Positions 10,343-21,105 of a stretch of DNA of 64,000 nucleotides are shown here, piece by piece. Positions within the stretch are counted from its first letter, which is position 1. Each line of letters starts with the position of its first letter. The translations under genes and the position numbers were made by a program. A model generated the notes under the pieces. The model was not told where the DNA came from, did not search any database, and saw only the letters and a list, made by a program, of their open reading frames with translations. Origin of the DNA: a bacterium (GTDB lineage Bacteria > UBA10199 > 2-02-FULL-50-16 > JAJFLM01); contig CBDCFN010000016.1 in assembly GCA_965216315.1 (NCBI GenBank), forward strand, positions 64,001 through 128,000. Reading direction: 5' to 3'.

Positions 10343-10675
10343 ATGAATGAGGCGGAGCTAAAGGAAGCTATTTCTGAGGCTATTAGTTGCCATATTCCCT
10401 TTCAAATTCCGGATAATCTAGATTTCCTTACCGTGGCTCATGCGGTTGCTGATGTGGCTGCAGAGAGTGGTTATGTGAAGGAGTTCCCCAAAAAATTTAA
10501 GCATAAGACGTGGGCCTTTCATATGAGCCTGGAGCATGGGCTTCGTTGGGGCTATGTCAGAAATGATCATAAAGTTGGTTGGATGGAAGCACGCGAAACA
10601 ACGCCTCTCCCCGAGCGTGATTATGTCATCCGGAATTCGGACCCTGTGTTTGGACACAGGGCCGACCTTCTGTAA
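10343..10675 (+). CDS. Hypothetical protein
   Basis: ORF fills the folC-DedA gap, with ATG at 10343; no motif recognised. Confidence 0.6.
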   Translation: MNEAELKEAISEAISCHIPFQIPDNLDFLTVAHAVADVAAESGYVKEFPKKFKHKTWAFHMSLEHGLRWGYVRNDHKVGWMEARETTPLPERDYVIRNSDPVFGHRADLL

Positions 10676-10707
10676 CTTGGCACCTCACGAGTAGGTTCAT
10701 ATATAGT

Positions 10708-11445
10708 ATGAAGAGATTATTTTCTAAACGTGGGCTTGGAATAATGTCGGCAATTGCGCTGATTGTTTTCGCCTCTGTGGCTTTGCGTCGCGAAGATGGG
10801 TTGGAGCAGGCCCTGATGTGGATTGAGAGTAAAGAGGCCGGTGTTAGCCTATTGTTATTTTCTCTTTATCTGCCAGCGGCGATTGTATTTATTCCTCCAT
10901 TTCTTATCTCTCTGGTCGTAGGTTATATGTTAGGATTTTTTCCAGGCGTAATAATAATTTCGATAGGGAACACGATTGGTGCAGTGGTTGCCTTTTATTT
11001 CGGACGGTTTGTGGCACGGAAATTTGTTGAAGATAAATTGAGAGGGCATCGAAAATTTCAGGCTCTCGATCACGCAGTTGGGCGCCAAGGATTTCGGGTT
11101 GTCTTTCTTACCCGGGTAGCGCCTTTTTTGTCATACAATGTGTTGAATTATATGTATGGTCTCACTCAGGTTTCAGCACGTGACTATATACTGGGGACAT
11201 GGCTTGGTATGATCCCGGCCTCAATTGTCCTGGCTTTTTTGGGGGCTTCGGCCAAGGGTGTGCCTGAAATCCTGGCGAATCCCACCTTGGGAGTGATGCG
11301 GCATCCCTATTGGCTCGGCGCGGGCCTCATCGCCACAATTGCAATTGTTGTCGTGCTGTTTCGTCGGATAAATCAGGCCTTTAGGCGTTTTGAGCTCAAT
11401 CTTCCTGATGCTGATGAGAGCGGGGTTGACATTATCTTGGACTAG
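10708..11445 (+). CDS. TVP38/TMEM64 (DedA/SNARE-associated) membrane protein
   Basis: Multiple TM segments; [34 protein letters not shown]. Confidence 0.9.
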   Translation: MKRLFSKRGLGIMSAIALIVFASVALRREDGLEQALMWIESKEAGVSLLLFSLYLPAAIVFIPPFLISLVVGYMLGFFPGVIIISIGNTIGAVVAFYFGRFVARKFVEDKLRGHRKFQALDHAVGRQGFRVVFLTRVAPFLSYNVLNYMYGLTQVSARDYILGTWLGMIPASIVLAFLGASAKGVPEILANPTLGVMRHPYWLGAGLIATIAIVVVLFRRINQAFRRFELNLPDADESGVDIILD

Positions 11446-11461
11446 AGAAAAACTCTCGTTT

Positions 11462-12433
11462 ATGTCGATTATTCAACGTCCCCGCCGCTTGAGACGCAAT
11501 GCCGCCATCCGTCGGCTGGTTCGCGAAACCCGTCTCGATCAGGCTGATCTCATTCAGCCGCTTTTTATTGACCAAAATCTCGATGAACCCCAGCCGGTCG
11601 AATCCATGCCGGGAGTCCTGCGCTATTCGTTGAATACGATAGCGGCGGAAGCGGCATCGATAGGGGAGCAAGGAGTTTCAGCCGTCATCCTGTTCGGCAT
11701 TCCGAGTGCTAAGGATGAACGGGCGAGTCAGGCCTACGCGGCTGACGGTGTGATCCAGCAGTCTATTGCTGCGATTAAGGATCGGGTACCGGAACTTTCC
11801 GTGCTCACGGATGTCTGCCTCTGTGAGTATATGTCCCATGGTCATTGTGGGATTATCGATGGGGAGAAGATTCTTAATGATCCAACCCTGGAGTTATTAG
11901 CCAAGACGGCGCTCAGTCATGCTGAAGCGGGAGCGGATATGGTGGCGCCCTCGGACATGATGGACGGGCGCGTCGGGGTAATCAGGCATAGTTTGGATGA
12001 GAATGGGTTTCAGGACATTCCTCTCATGAGTTATGCGGTGAAGTATGCCTCGGCCTTCTATGGGCCCTTTCGCGATGCGGCGGCTTCGGCGCCGCGTTTT
12101 GGGGATCGCGCGAGTTATCAGATGGACCCGGCGAATATTCGCGAAGCCCTGCGGGAAGCCGAGCTCGATGTCCAAGAAGGGGCCGATATTCTGATGGTAA
12201 AACCGGCGTTGCCTTATCTCGATGTCTTAGCCAATTTAAGGCAGATTCATGACGTTCCCTTGGCCGCCTATCACGTCAGCGGCGAATATGCCCAATTAAA
12301 GGCCGCGGCGGAACGGGGTTGGCTCGATGAAAAGAGGTCGGTGTTAGAAGCGCTGACCTCGATTAAACGCGCCGGGGCCGATTTGATCCTGACTTACTAC
12401 GCGAAACAGGCTGCCGAATGGTTGAATGATTAA
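11462..12433 (+). CDS. hemB: Porphobilinogen synthase
   Basis: [41 protein letters not shown]. Confidence 0.97.
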   Translation: MSIIQRPRRLRRNAAIRRLVRETRLDQADLIQPLFIDQNLDEPQPVESMPGVLRYSLNTIAAEAASIGEQGVSAVILFGIPSAKDERASQAYAADGVIQQSIAAIKDRVPELSVLTDVCLCEYMSHGHCGIIDGEKILNDPTLELLAKTALSHAEAGADMVAPSDMMDGRVGVIRHSLDENGFQDIPLMSYAVKYASAFYGPFRDAAASAPRFGDRASYQMDPANIREALREAELDVQEGADILMVKPALPYLDVLANLRQIHDVPLAAYHVSGEYAQLKAAAERGWLDEKRSVLEALTSIKRAGADLILTYYAKQAAEWLND

Positions 12434-15084
12434 TGTCTGAAACCCTCTATTTAGTCGATGGCAGCGGGTACATCTTTCGGGCTTATTATGCCGTTCGGCC
12501 CTTGAATAACTCCAAGGGCCTGCCGACCAACGCCCTCTATGGCTTTACGACGATGTTGATGAAGTTGATCCGGGAAAAAAAGCCGGATCATTTGGCGGTG
12601 ATTTTTGATGCCGGCCGCAAGACCTTTCGCAATCGCGAGTATCCCGAATATAAGGCCAACCGCCTGGAGCCGCCGGAAGATCTCATTCCCCAGTTTCCGT
12701 ATTTCCCCAAGATCGTTGAGGCCCTGAATATTCCTTGTCTGAAGCTGGAAGATTATGAAGCGGATGACATCATTGCGACGATTGCACGAGGCCTCAGTTC
12801 GAAGAAACTTAAGACGGTGATCGTGACGGGCGACAAGGATCTCATGCAGCTGGTGTCGGACGGTATCACCTTACTAGACACGATGAAAGATAAGGTGATT
12901 AGCTTTGATGAGGTTAAGGAGCGCTTTGGGGTCGGGCCCGAACGCGTGACCGACATACTCGGGATGGCCGGAGATACTTCGGATAATATCCCCGGGATTC
13001 CCGGTGTCGGCGAAAAGACGGCGGCGAAGTTATTACACCAATACGACAGCCTGGAAGGGGTGATTGAACACGCCGATGAACTCAAGGGCAAGATGGGTGA
13101 AAAGGTCCGGGCCAATATCGAAGAGGCGCGCTTGTTTAAGCGCTTGGCGACGGTCAAAGATGACGTGCCGATCGATTATAACTTTGATGATTTCAAATTG
13201 AGTGATCCGGATCCGGAGGCGGTGCGCTCGATTTTTTCCGAGTTGGAATTTCATACTTTGACGGGTGATGTCGCCCCGGAAAAGACGCTTTCACCCGAAA
13301 AATATAAGTTGGTTAAGACGAAGCCCGAACTGAAAGCCATGATTAAGGCGTTGGAAAAGAGCCAAGGCTATGCCCTCGATACGGAGACCACGTCGCTTGA
13401 TGCAATGCAGGCCGAGCTGGTCGGGATGTCGTTTTCAGCGGCGCCGGGGGAGGCCTACTATGTGCCGGTCGGTCATGTGAACGTCGATCAACAGGTCGAC
13501 CGAGCGGAAGCGCTTGAAGCATTGAGGCCCTTGTTGGAGGACGGCAAGGTGCCTCAGTATGGTCAGAATATCAAATATGACTACACGGTGTTACAGCGCC
13601 ACGGGATCGAACTTGGATCGATCGAGTTTGATACGATGATTGCCGCCTATTGTGTGAATCCCTCCGGTAGCCATGGCATGGATGCGCTCTCGCTCGAGTA
13701 TCTCAGCCACAAATGCATGAGTTATAAAGATGTCGTCGGGACGGGTAAAAAACAGATTTCATTTGCCGAAGTACCGCTCAGTCAAGCCTGTCTGTATGCG
13801 GCTGAAGATGCGGATGTGACGTATCGTCTCGCGCTGATCTTAAAGCAGCGGCTCAAAGAGGAAAAACAAGAGGAGTTGTTTCAAACCTTGGAAATGCCGT
13901 TGATGCATGTCTTGATACGGATGGAAGTGGCGGGGGTCAAGCTAGATCAAAAACAGCTCACGGTTCTCTCTAAAGAATATGAAAAGAAAATCGAAAAGCT
14001 GACCGAGCAGATCTATAAAGATGCGGGCGAAGAATTTAATATTAAATCAACCAAGCAATTGGGTCAGATACTCTTTGATAAAATGGAAATTCCCGTCGTC
14101 CGTAAGACCAAGACCGGTTATTCGACGGATACGGAAGTTCTGACGACACTCGCCGATGACTATCCGATTGCCGAGCGACTGCTCGAGTACAGGGCTTTGA
14201 CCAAGTTGAAATCGACTTATGTCGATGCGCTTCCTGAATTGATCAATGCTCAAACCGGCCGCATTCATACATCTTTCAATCAAACCGTGGCGGCAACGGG
14301 ACGCTTGTCATCGAGTGATCCGAATTTGCAAAATATTCCGATTCGCTCGGAAGAAGGTAAGCGGATTCGGGAGGCCTTTGTGGCGGAGAAAGGCCATGTC
14401 TTTCTCGACGCGGACTATTCGCAGATTGAACTGAGGATACTCGCACACATGTCGCAAGATCCTCAGTTGTTGGATGCCTTCGAGAACGACGTCGACATCC
14501 ATAGCCGCACGGCGGCTGGATTGTTTGGGGTCAAGGAAGCCGATGTTGATGAAGAGCAGCGGGCCGTGGCCAAGACGGTCAACTTCGGCGTGCTCTATGG
14601 TCAGAGTGCCTATGGGCTATCGGGACAATTAGGGATTGAGATGGGTGAGGCCAAGGCCTACATTGATAATTTTTATGCGACTTATGCCAAGGTGGGCCCC
14701 TATAAAGAAAAGATTCTCCATGATGCGGCCCAGAAAGGTTATGTCGAGACTTTGCTGGGACGTCGCCGCTTCTTTCCTGACTTGAAGACTGCGAATAAAA
14801 TGGCTCGTGCTAATATGGAACGCATGGCTTTTAACACGGTTTTCCAGGGCAGTGCCGCCGATATCATCAAAAAAGCGATGATCGATTTGGATCAAGCGCT
14901 TGCTTCAATGAAAGCGCGGATGATCTTGCAAGTGCATGACGAATTGATCGTGGAGACGCCCGATGCGGAGATCGAGAAAGTTAAAAAGTTGATGGAAGAT
15001 ACTATGTCAGGTGCGGCCGACCTCAAAGTGCCCCTTAAAATCTCACTCGGTTCCGGCCCCAATTGGGCGGCAGCGAAAAGTTAA
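12433..15084 (+). CDS. polA: DNA polymerase I
   Basis: 5'-3' exonuclease (LVDGSGYIFRAYYA, EADD), 3'-5' exonuclease DTETT, polymerase motifs DYSQIELR, AKTVNFGVLYG, QVHDEL. Confidence 0.98.
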   Translation: MSETLYLVDGSGYIFRAYYAVRPLNNSKGLPTNALYGFTTMLMKLIREKKPDHLAVIFDAGRKTFRNREYPEYKANRLEPPEDLIPQFPYFPKIVEALNIPCLKLEDYEADDIIATIARGLSSKKLKTVIVTGDKDLMQLVSDGITLLDTMKDKVISFDEVKERFGVGPERVTDILGMAGDTSDNIPGIPGVGEKTAAKLLHQYDSLEGVIEHADELKGKMGEKVRANIEEARLFKRLATVKDDVPIDYNFDDFKLSDPDPEAVRSIFSELEFHTLTGDVAPEKTLSPEKYKLVKTKPELKAMIKALEKSQGYALDTETTSLDAMQAELVGMSFSAAPGEAYYVPVGHVNVDQQVDRAEALEALRPLLEDGKVPQYGQNIKYDYTVLQRHGIELGSIEFDTMIAAYCVNPSGSHGMDALSLEYLSHKCMSYKDVVGTGKKQISFAEVPLSQACLYAAEDADVTYRLALILKQRLKEEKQEELFQTLEMPLMHVLIRMEVAGVKLDQKQLTVLSKEYEKKIEKLTEQIYKDAGEEFNIKSTKQLGQILFDKMEIPVVRKTKTGYSTDTEVLTTLADDYPIAERLLEYRALTKLKSTYVDALPELINAQTGRIHTSFNQTVAATGRLSSSDPNLQNIPIRSEEGKRIREAFVAEKGHVFLDADYSQIELRILAHMSQDPQLLDAFENDVDIHSRTAAGLFGVKEADVDEEQRAVAKTVNFGVLYGQSAYGLSGQLGIEMGEAKAYIDNFYATYAKVGPYKEKILHDAAQKGYVETLLGRRRFFPDLKTANKMARANMERMAFNTVFQGSAADIIKKAMIDLDQALASMKARMILQVHDELIVETPDAEIEKVKKLMEDTMSGAADLKVPLKISLGSGPNWAAAKS

Positions 15085-15086
15085 AC

Positions 15087-16088
15087 TTATATGCCCAAGA
15101 GCATGTCCCAGAAGGTCGCCCAGACTCGCTCGGGCGGTTCACGGAAGTTGTCATAGATAACGTGGTGGTTGGGCAATTCAGGATAAATATATATCCCCCA
15201 CAGAGGACGCACTTTGTTCGGCAGATAAGAGTAACGCAGATCACCGAGCACGAACGAATGTTCGGGATGCCAAGCGAGATACTGATCCGAGAAATGGGCG
15301 AAGCGTAGAATATCGCGGTACTGTCGTGAGTCGGTGGGGACAAATTTCTTTAACATTTCAGTGGTCACTTGTTTGATCGATTCCCCTGGATAGACACGCG
15401 GCGGGCCGACAAGACCGACGCGAATGCCATCCATATAGTAGTTTCCGTTGGCGACGTAGATGCCGCGCCAGAGAAAGAGATTGCCCAGAGTGGGTTTCAC
15501 GGTGACGCGCGCGATCGTTTCATGGCCGCGTTTGGCTGCGATGTCATGGAGGACGGCTTCGGCCCGTTCGCGTTGCAGGAGACCGAGGCTCATATAAGTG
15601 AAGATAAAAATTACGCCCCAGCGCGCGAAGCGCGGATTCTTAAACAGGTACGCGAGCAGGATAAGGGCCGACAAGGTGATGGTGAAAACGGGGTCTATAA
15701 TCGAGATGATATCCCAGGCGAAGCGCTTATTAGAGAAAGGCCACAGCAGATGCGTGCCGTAACTCGTGCACGCGTCCAGCAGGCCATGAGTGGCATAGCC
15801 GAGCGTCGCGAAGAGGTAGGCCTTTTTGAAGGACAGTTTTTTTCGAAACAGGGGCCAGGCCAGCAGGGTGCCGGCGAGCCCTCCGACGGGAATAAAGACC
15901 AAAGAATGAGTGAAGTGGCGGTGATACTCGAGCCACAGAAGAGGGTCACTATCCGAGCGGATGAAGATGTCGAGATCCGCCAGCATGCCGGCCAGGGCCC
16001 CAATCAGCGTAATCAGGCGCAGCTCTTTCTTGGCAGAGACACTCTGAGGGACGACGGCGCCGAGGGCGGCCTGGCTCAAGGGGTCCAT
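15087..16088 (-). CDS. Membrane-bound metal-dependent hydrolase (YdjM/YfhP family)
   Basis: MDPLSQAALG, DLD, HRHFTHS, THGLLDACTSYG. Confidence 0.9.
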   Translation of the reverse strand: MDPLSQAALGAVVPQSVSAKKELRLITLIGALAGMLADLDIFIRSDSDPLLWLEYHRHFTHSLVFIPVGGLAGTLLAWPLFRKKLSFKKAYLFATLGYATHGLLDACTSYGTHLLWPFSNKRFAWDIISIIDPVFTITLSALILLAYLFKNPRFARWGVIFIFTYMSLGLLQRERAEAVLHDIAAKRGHETIARVTVKPTLGNLFLWRGIYVANGNYYMDGIRVGLVGPPRVYPGESIKQVTTEMLKKFVPTDSRQYRDILRFAHFSDQYLAWHPEHSFVLGDLRYSYLPNKVRPLWGIYIYPELPNHHVIYDNFREPPERVWATFWDMLLGI

Positions 16089-16153
16089 ATAGGTAAGGTA
16101 TACCGCCTATCAAAAAGTTTGTCACTCGGCTGCGGCCGGAGGAACCATTTGGA

Positions 16154-16480
16154 TCACTTTTTCCATGGCTCCTTGTATCGGCAAGTTTGATAAATCTCTA
16201 TCACTTTATCACGAGCATCATCGATATCTGATATTTCATTTGCATACTTCACTGTTCTAGCTGCTGACCTTCGATCATTTGCCGAGTAGTTCTTCAGAAA
16301 TTCTTCATCAATAGCGGTGCGCTTCGTTTCTAATCTGTGCAATAATGTGGGTGCATACGCAGTAAATGCTTGGCAGCTCTTATCCTCCAGTCGTGCTGGA
16401 TCAGTGACGGTTTCAGCTAAGTGAGTTGCAGTCTCTCCTATCTGTCTTGTGAATTGCGAAATTTTATCCATAAGGCCCAT
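16154..16480 (-). CDS. Hypothetical protein downstream of a sigma-54 promoter
   Basis: Strong SD (AGGAGG) before the ATG; sigma-54 promoter upstream. Confidence 0.75.
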   Translation of the reverse strand: MGLMDKISQFTRQIGETATHLAETVTDPARLEDKSCQAFTAYAPTLLHRLETKRTAIDEEFLKNYSANDRRSAARTVKYANEISDIDDARDKVIEIYQTCRYKEPWKK

Positions 16481-16518
16481 AACTTTTCCTCCTGTGGTTG
16501 CTTGCGAAGCACTTGTAT

Positions 16519-16534
16519 AGCAAGGGGGATGCCA
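16519..16534 (-). promoter_or_regulatory. Sigma-54 (-24/-12) promoter
   Basis: TGGCATCCCCCTTGCT on the minus strand matches TGGCAY-N5-TTGCW, 38 bp upstream of the 16480 ATG. Confidence 0.8.
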
Positions 16535-16646
16535 ACCAGGCCTCCTAATAACATACTGTAATTATTAAGTTTATCTTAGGAGCTGGATTTTGCGGACGGG
16601 GAAATTGTATCGAGTTGAGCCATATTGGCGTATCAGAACGTCATAT

Positions 16647-18959
16647 TCATTTATTTGCAGACGGCGAGACCATTTGGACGTTCAAGGGCTTGAGGGTGTC
16701 GAGGTGGACATCGCGCTGCGGGAAGGCGATCGTGATGCCCGCCTCGCGGAATAACTCATCGATGCGATAGCGGATTTCACTCTCGACGATCTTGCGATCC
16801 ATCAAGATGCGCATGCGGATCCAAAAATGGACTTCAAAGATTAGGGCGTTGTCGCCGAATTCGGAGAACAGGATGATCGGTTCGGGAAACTTGAGCACGC
16901 GCTCGTTCTCGGTGACGGCCTGTTTGATCATTTCGGTCGTTTTCTGGGTATCACTTCCGTAGCTGACCCCGACGCTGATCATGGTCCGATAGCGATCATC
17001 GGTATGAGTCCAGTTGATGACGTTCTTTTCCAGGAAAGAGCTGTTGGGGACCAGGATATCGATGTTATTAAACGTTCGGATATGGGTGCAACGGGCGCCG
17101 ATCCGAATCACGCGGCCGTGCATGCCCTCCAATTCGATCATATCCGAGACGTTGATCGGGCGCTCCATGAGCAGGATGAGGCCACTGATGAAATTATTAA
17201 TGAGGTTTTGACTCCCGAAACCGATTCCGATGGCAATCGCACCACCGAGCAGGGTGAAGAGAGTCAGAGGGACGTTCGCAACCTTGAGCGCAAAGATGGT
17301 AATCAGCAGCAGCAGGATATACTGAGTTATCGATTGCAAGGCGGCATGAGCACCGACATTGTGGCCAAAGCGCGCGTACAGTCGTTTGCCGAGGATGCGA
17401 CTGATGTGTTTCGAAAAGAGAATGCCGAGCAGGAAGAGCGTAAAGGCAATGACGATTTTTTGTACGGTCAAGGGCCTATCATCAATAACACCGACTTCGT
17501 AGTGCCAGAACTGTTCGTAAAGGCGTTGGCCTTCTTCCGTGATTGAACTGATCGTGATCGGGTCGAGTATCCGGTCGATTTGAGCCAGAATTTTTTCGTA
17601 AAAAAGGATCGCTTCGTCAATAGGCAGAAGCTGCTCGTTAGCGGAATCGATGAAATCTTTAAGGACCTCCATCTCATAACGCAGCCAACGTTTTTGCGGG
17701 GCCTCTATCGTATCCGATGTTTCTAATACCTCCTCGATTGAAAGGAGTTTTTTACGATGTTCGGAAATATATTTGAGCACGGAAAGTTGGTCGGCGGCGC
17801 TTGTTTTGAGTGCTTTGGAAACATCAGTGCGCCAATCCCGTAAATTTGTTCGGGAGGCCTCGTCATTGAAGATGCGCTGCCGCCATTCCCACATCGTGAT
17901 TTGATTATTCAAATCAGAAAGGACACGGCTGAATATCTGATTTTTCAGTTGTAAAGTGTCTTTTTCTTGCTGGCGTGCCTCCAATTCTTGTGCCAGCTTT
18001 TCCTGTAGTCCCGGATTCGTTATCAGCTTGTTTTGGAGCGAAACAAGCTCGCTTTCGGTTTTTTGAAGCTTGTCGCGCGTAGCCTCCAATAATTTGCGTA
18101 ACTTCATTTCATCCGTGCGCAGTGATTGAGTTAGATTTTTCAGCTCGGAGTCGGAAAACTCCGTATGGGGGCGCGCTTGTTCTATCTTAAGTGTCAGGAG
18201 TTCCAGCTTGCGATCCGTAATCCAGAATTCATCGCTTTTGATTTGCAGTTTTATTTTCAGTAACTTTATTGTCGCTGCAACTAACTCGCTGGCTAATTCG
18301 GCTTCGGCCAAGTCCGCTTTGACCTGAGCTTGTTGGCCTGCCTCCTTGTTGGAGGTCAGCTTCTCGAGAATCTGTCTGCGCCCCCGCTCTTTGCGCTGAA
18401 AATCCTCTTCCATGTCCTCAATCGAGGTATTAAGGTTTGCGACTTCTTCTTTAAGGCGCAGTTTTCTGTCTTGTGCCGTTGCAAAGTCCTGCTCAAGTTG
18501 GTCGAGAAAGGAGAAGGAATAAGGGGGAGCTTTTTCAAGACCTTTCTCCTTGAACTGATCAAGTTCTGACTGGCTCCGATCCCGTGAGGTCAGATTTTTT
18601 TTGAGGCCGGAGAGCAGATCGACCTGTTGACCCAGGATGAGGTCGATATTTTTTAATAAGTTAATCTGTAGATCCAGCTGAGCCGCCTTTTTTTCATCAG
18701 ACGTCTTAATAGCATTGCGTTGAGTCTCGAGGGTGTCACGTTTCTTAGTAAGCTCATTTCTTTTTTCAATGACGGCTTCTGATTGCTCCTGCCACGTCGG
18801 CGGTAATTCATCCGCATCATCTTTTTGTTTTTGATTGAGGGGCTGCATGAGCGGCAGCTGAACAAGAGCGGCGCTGGCGTTCGAAGAGTTGAATAGAGGC
18901 GTGAAAAACCCGAGCCCGACAATCAGGCAAGAGACTAGGGGACCGTAGCGCATCGCCAA
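16647..18959 (-). CDS. Mechanosensitive channel, MscS family with long periplasmic coiled-coil (MscK-like)
   Basis: Signal peptide, coiled-coil, GIGFGSQNLINNFISGLILLMERPI, VPNS, IAFPQRDVH. Confidence 0.92.
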   Translation of the reverse strand: MAMRYGPLVSCLIVGLGFFTPLFNSSNASAALVQLPLMQPLNQKQKDDADELPPTWQEQSEAVIEKRNELTKKRDTLETQRNAIKTSDEKKAAQLDLQINLLKNIDLILGQQVDLLSGLKKNLTSRDRSQSELDQFKEKGLEKAPPYSFSFLDQLEQDFATAQDRKLRLKEEVANLNTSIEDMEEDFQRKERGRRQILEKLTSNKEAGQQAQVKADLAEAELASELVAATIKLLKIKLQIKSDEFWITDRKLELLTLKIEQARPHTEFSDSELKNLTQSLRTDEMKLRKLLEATRDKLQKTESELVSLQNKLITNPGLQEKLAQELEARQQEKDTLQLKNQIFSRVLSDLNNQITMWEWRQRIFNDEASRTNLRDWRTDVSKALKTSAADQLSVLKYISEHRKKLLSIEEVLETSDTIEAPQKRWLRYEMEVLKDFIDSANEQLLPIDEAILFYEKILAQIDRILDPITISSITEEGQRLYEQFWHYEVGVIDDRPLTVQKIVIAFTLFLLGILFSKHISRILGKRLYARFGHNVGAHAALQSITQYILLLLITIFALKVANVPLTLFTLLGGAIAIGIGFGSQNLINNFISGLILLMERPINVSDMIELEGMHGRVIRIGARCTHIRTFNNIDILVPNSSFLEKNVINWTHTDDRYRTMISVGVSYGSDTQKTTEMIKQAVTENERVLKFPEPIILFSEFGDNALIFEVHFWIRMRILMDRKIVESEIRYRIDELFREAGITIAFPQRDVHLDTLKPLNVQMVSPSANK

Positions 18960-19007
18960 GGGATAGCCTATAAGTTCACTGCTGACAATCTTAACTTTTT
19001 TGAGATT

Positions 19008-20102
19008 CTAGCTCGTGAAAACGAGCTCGAAAGATCCTACTTGCAGTTTATCCCCCGAACGTAAGACCTGTTCCGTAACGGTATGTCCGTTGACGTACGT
19101 GCCATTGGAGGAGTTGTTATCGATGACCATGTATTGGTTGCCACTCTGCCGAATAACCGCATGGCGCCGGGAAACGCGGGGCTCTTTGAGGACGACTTCG
19201 TTGTTAGGTGAACGGCCTATAGTGAGCTCTTGGCTGATCTTGAATTGGCCCACAGCCTGTCCATTTTCATATAAGAGGAGAGTGGCGGGCTGATCCGCTG
19301 TTATTTCACTGGAGGCAATAGGGGCTTTTTCCCCTTGTTTGTCAACGGCACGTGGTGCAACCGCACCGACATTGGGTGGTGGCATGGCGGCCGGTGCGGC
19401 TTCGGCTGTGTGTGTCGGTTCGGGTTCCGCTTTGGGTTCCGGCTGAGTCGGCAAACTTGCTAGCTCTTGGGGGACACCCGCATCGATATCGATGCCTTTG
19501 AAAATATCATCATATTGATTGATGGCTGCCTGCAAATTGTCCTGTTCATCACGAGCTTCCTGGAGGACGCCCTTTTCTTTTGCAGAAATGTCCTGGAATT
19601 CTTCATCCGTATATTCGCCCAGCTCATGGCGAAATCCAGCTTCTTCCAGCGTGTCTTCATGTTCCATCACTCTGCGGGTGGCTTCGGCCTCTTTGTGGCG
19701 AAGCCCCTTGAGTTCGTTATCGATGTCCGTCTTAATTCCCAATAGATCCGTACGGCACTGGTCGAGCCGACTTGAGTAATCGCCGGCGACTTTTTCATAG
19801 ACGCTGTCTTTGATTTTGCCTTTGCTATCGATGATTTTGTCGAGACGCTCCCGGAGTATATTCCATTGCTGGCGGATCTCACGGGCCTTGGAGATCACCT
19901 CATTGTTGAGGTGTTTGAGGACTTCCGGGCCCGCTTGTTTGGTAAGGTCTATCGCGATGACCGGTTCCGAGGGTGCTTCCGGCATGGGGGCCGTAAAGGT
20001 GTCCGTATCGGCTTCGGCCGCCATCGACTCGGTGGGTTCCTCATCGTCGCCGCTATTTATCGGATTGTCCTTGAGCTCGTCTGTATTCTCTTCAATTGCC
20101 AT
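19008..20102 (-). CDS. Coiled-coil protein with C-terminal FHA domain
   Basis: IGRSPNNEVVL..VSRRHA..DNNSSNGTYVNG FHA signature. Confidence 0.9.
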   Translation of the reverse strand: MAIEENTDELKDNPINSGDDEEPTESMAAEADTDTFTAPMPEAPSEPVIAIDLTKQAGPEVLKHLNNEVISKAREIRQQWNILRERLDKIIDSKGKIKDSVYEKVAGDYSSRLDQCRTDLLGIKTDIDNELKGLRHKEAEATRRVMEHEDTLEEAGFRHELGEYTDEEFQDISAKEKGVLQEARDEQDNLQAAINQYDDIFKGIDIDAGVPQELASLPTQPEPKAEPEPTHTAEAAPAAMPPPNVGAVAPRAVDKQGEKAPIASSEITADQPATLLLYENGQAVGQFKISQELTIGRSPNNEVVLKEPRVSRRHAVIRQSGNQYMVIDNNSSNGTYVNGHTVTEQVLRSGDKLQVGSFELVFTS

Positions 20103-20149
20103 CCTAGTGTAACCTATCGAAGTTATTGCAATTCTGGCCCTAGTGTACG

Positions 20150-21013
20150 TTATGGGCGGGATGGAGTCAACGAGTTGGCTAAAAAGGCGGCAGCGTCCTT
20201 GCGGCCCATCGCGATGGTCTCCAGGATGAGGGAATGCTTCCGCGTCAGGCGTGACACGGGGAGTTCGGCGCTCGGCCGGATCACGCGGGCGCGCCCCTGG
20301 CGCTCGAGCTCGTCAATGAAGTCCAATTGGCGGTTGTAGCGGATGTGGCGCTCCAAGATCGCTTCGGCAAGGGCCGGATAACGGCGGAAGATCCAACGTG
20401 GCCAGGGCCAGCGTGAAACCGCCTCCTTTCGATAGCCTGCGGGCTGCGTCAGGACCAGCCAGATTTCATCACAGTTTTCATCGAGAGCCTTTTGGATGGG
20501 AATAGAGTCCGCAATCCCCCCATCGGCATAGGGCTCCCCTCTGTTCCAAACAGGGAGAGGATAGGCAATCGGCATGGCGGCACTGGCACGCAGAGCTTCC
20601 AGTACATCAATGCGATCTTTATTGTGAAAATAGTGGGCTTTGCCGGTATGGCAATTGGTTGCGGTGATGTAAAAATCGACCGGGCTATCAATGATCGCTT
20701 GCGTGTCTAACGGCTCGCGATGAACAAAGACGTCATGAATGAGGTAGTCCAGGTTCATGATAGGCCGCGGGGTCAGTAGATGACGATAACGAATAAAGCG
20801 GCCCCCGTGGAGGTAATTGCTCCAAAGCTTTTCGAGTATATGATGTTGTTGCGAAACCCAGTACGCAATGCTGCAGGCGCCGGCGGAACTTCCACAGATG
20901 ACATCAAAGGAGGGGACATCCTTATTTTCATGTAGTTCCGCTAAGGCCCCCGCGGAATGGGATCCGCGGATGCCGCCGCCTTCAATAACCAGGCCTCGTT
21001 TGATCGTTGCCAT
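20150..21013 (-). CDS. Patatin-like phospholipase
   Basis: EGGGIRG, GSSAG (GxSxG) and DGG motifs. Confidence 0.92.
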   Translation of the reverse strand: MATIKRGLVIEGGGIRGSHSAGALAELHENKDVPSFDVICGSSAGACSIAYWVSQQHHILEKLWSNYLHGGRFIRYRHLLTPRPIMNLDYLIHDVFVHREPLDTQAIIDSPVDFYITATNCHTGKAHYFHNKDRIDVLEALRASAAMPIAYPLPVWNRGEPYADGGIADSIPIQKALDENCDEIWLVLTQPAGYRKEAVSRWPWPRWIFRRYPALAEAILERHIRYNRQLDFIDELERQGRARVIRPSAELPVSRLTRKHSLILETIAMGRKDAAAFLANSLTPSRP

Positions 21014-21105
21014 GCTAGGGATATAGCGAGACCGCGGTGGGATTTCAAGAAGGTGCCTTAACGTGATTTATTGACTTTAATTTCGGCTGGTGTGACTCTT
21101 AAAGG

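Noticed and set aside
15369..16190. 273-aa plus-strand ORF and similar antisense or alternate-frame ORFs (e.g. 25654-26286, 56744-57421)
   Set aside because: Shadow ORFs of well-supported genes in GC-rich DNA; no recognisable motifs.
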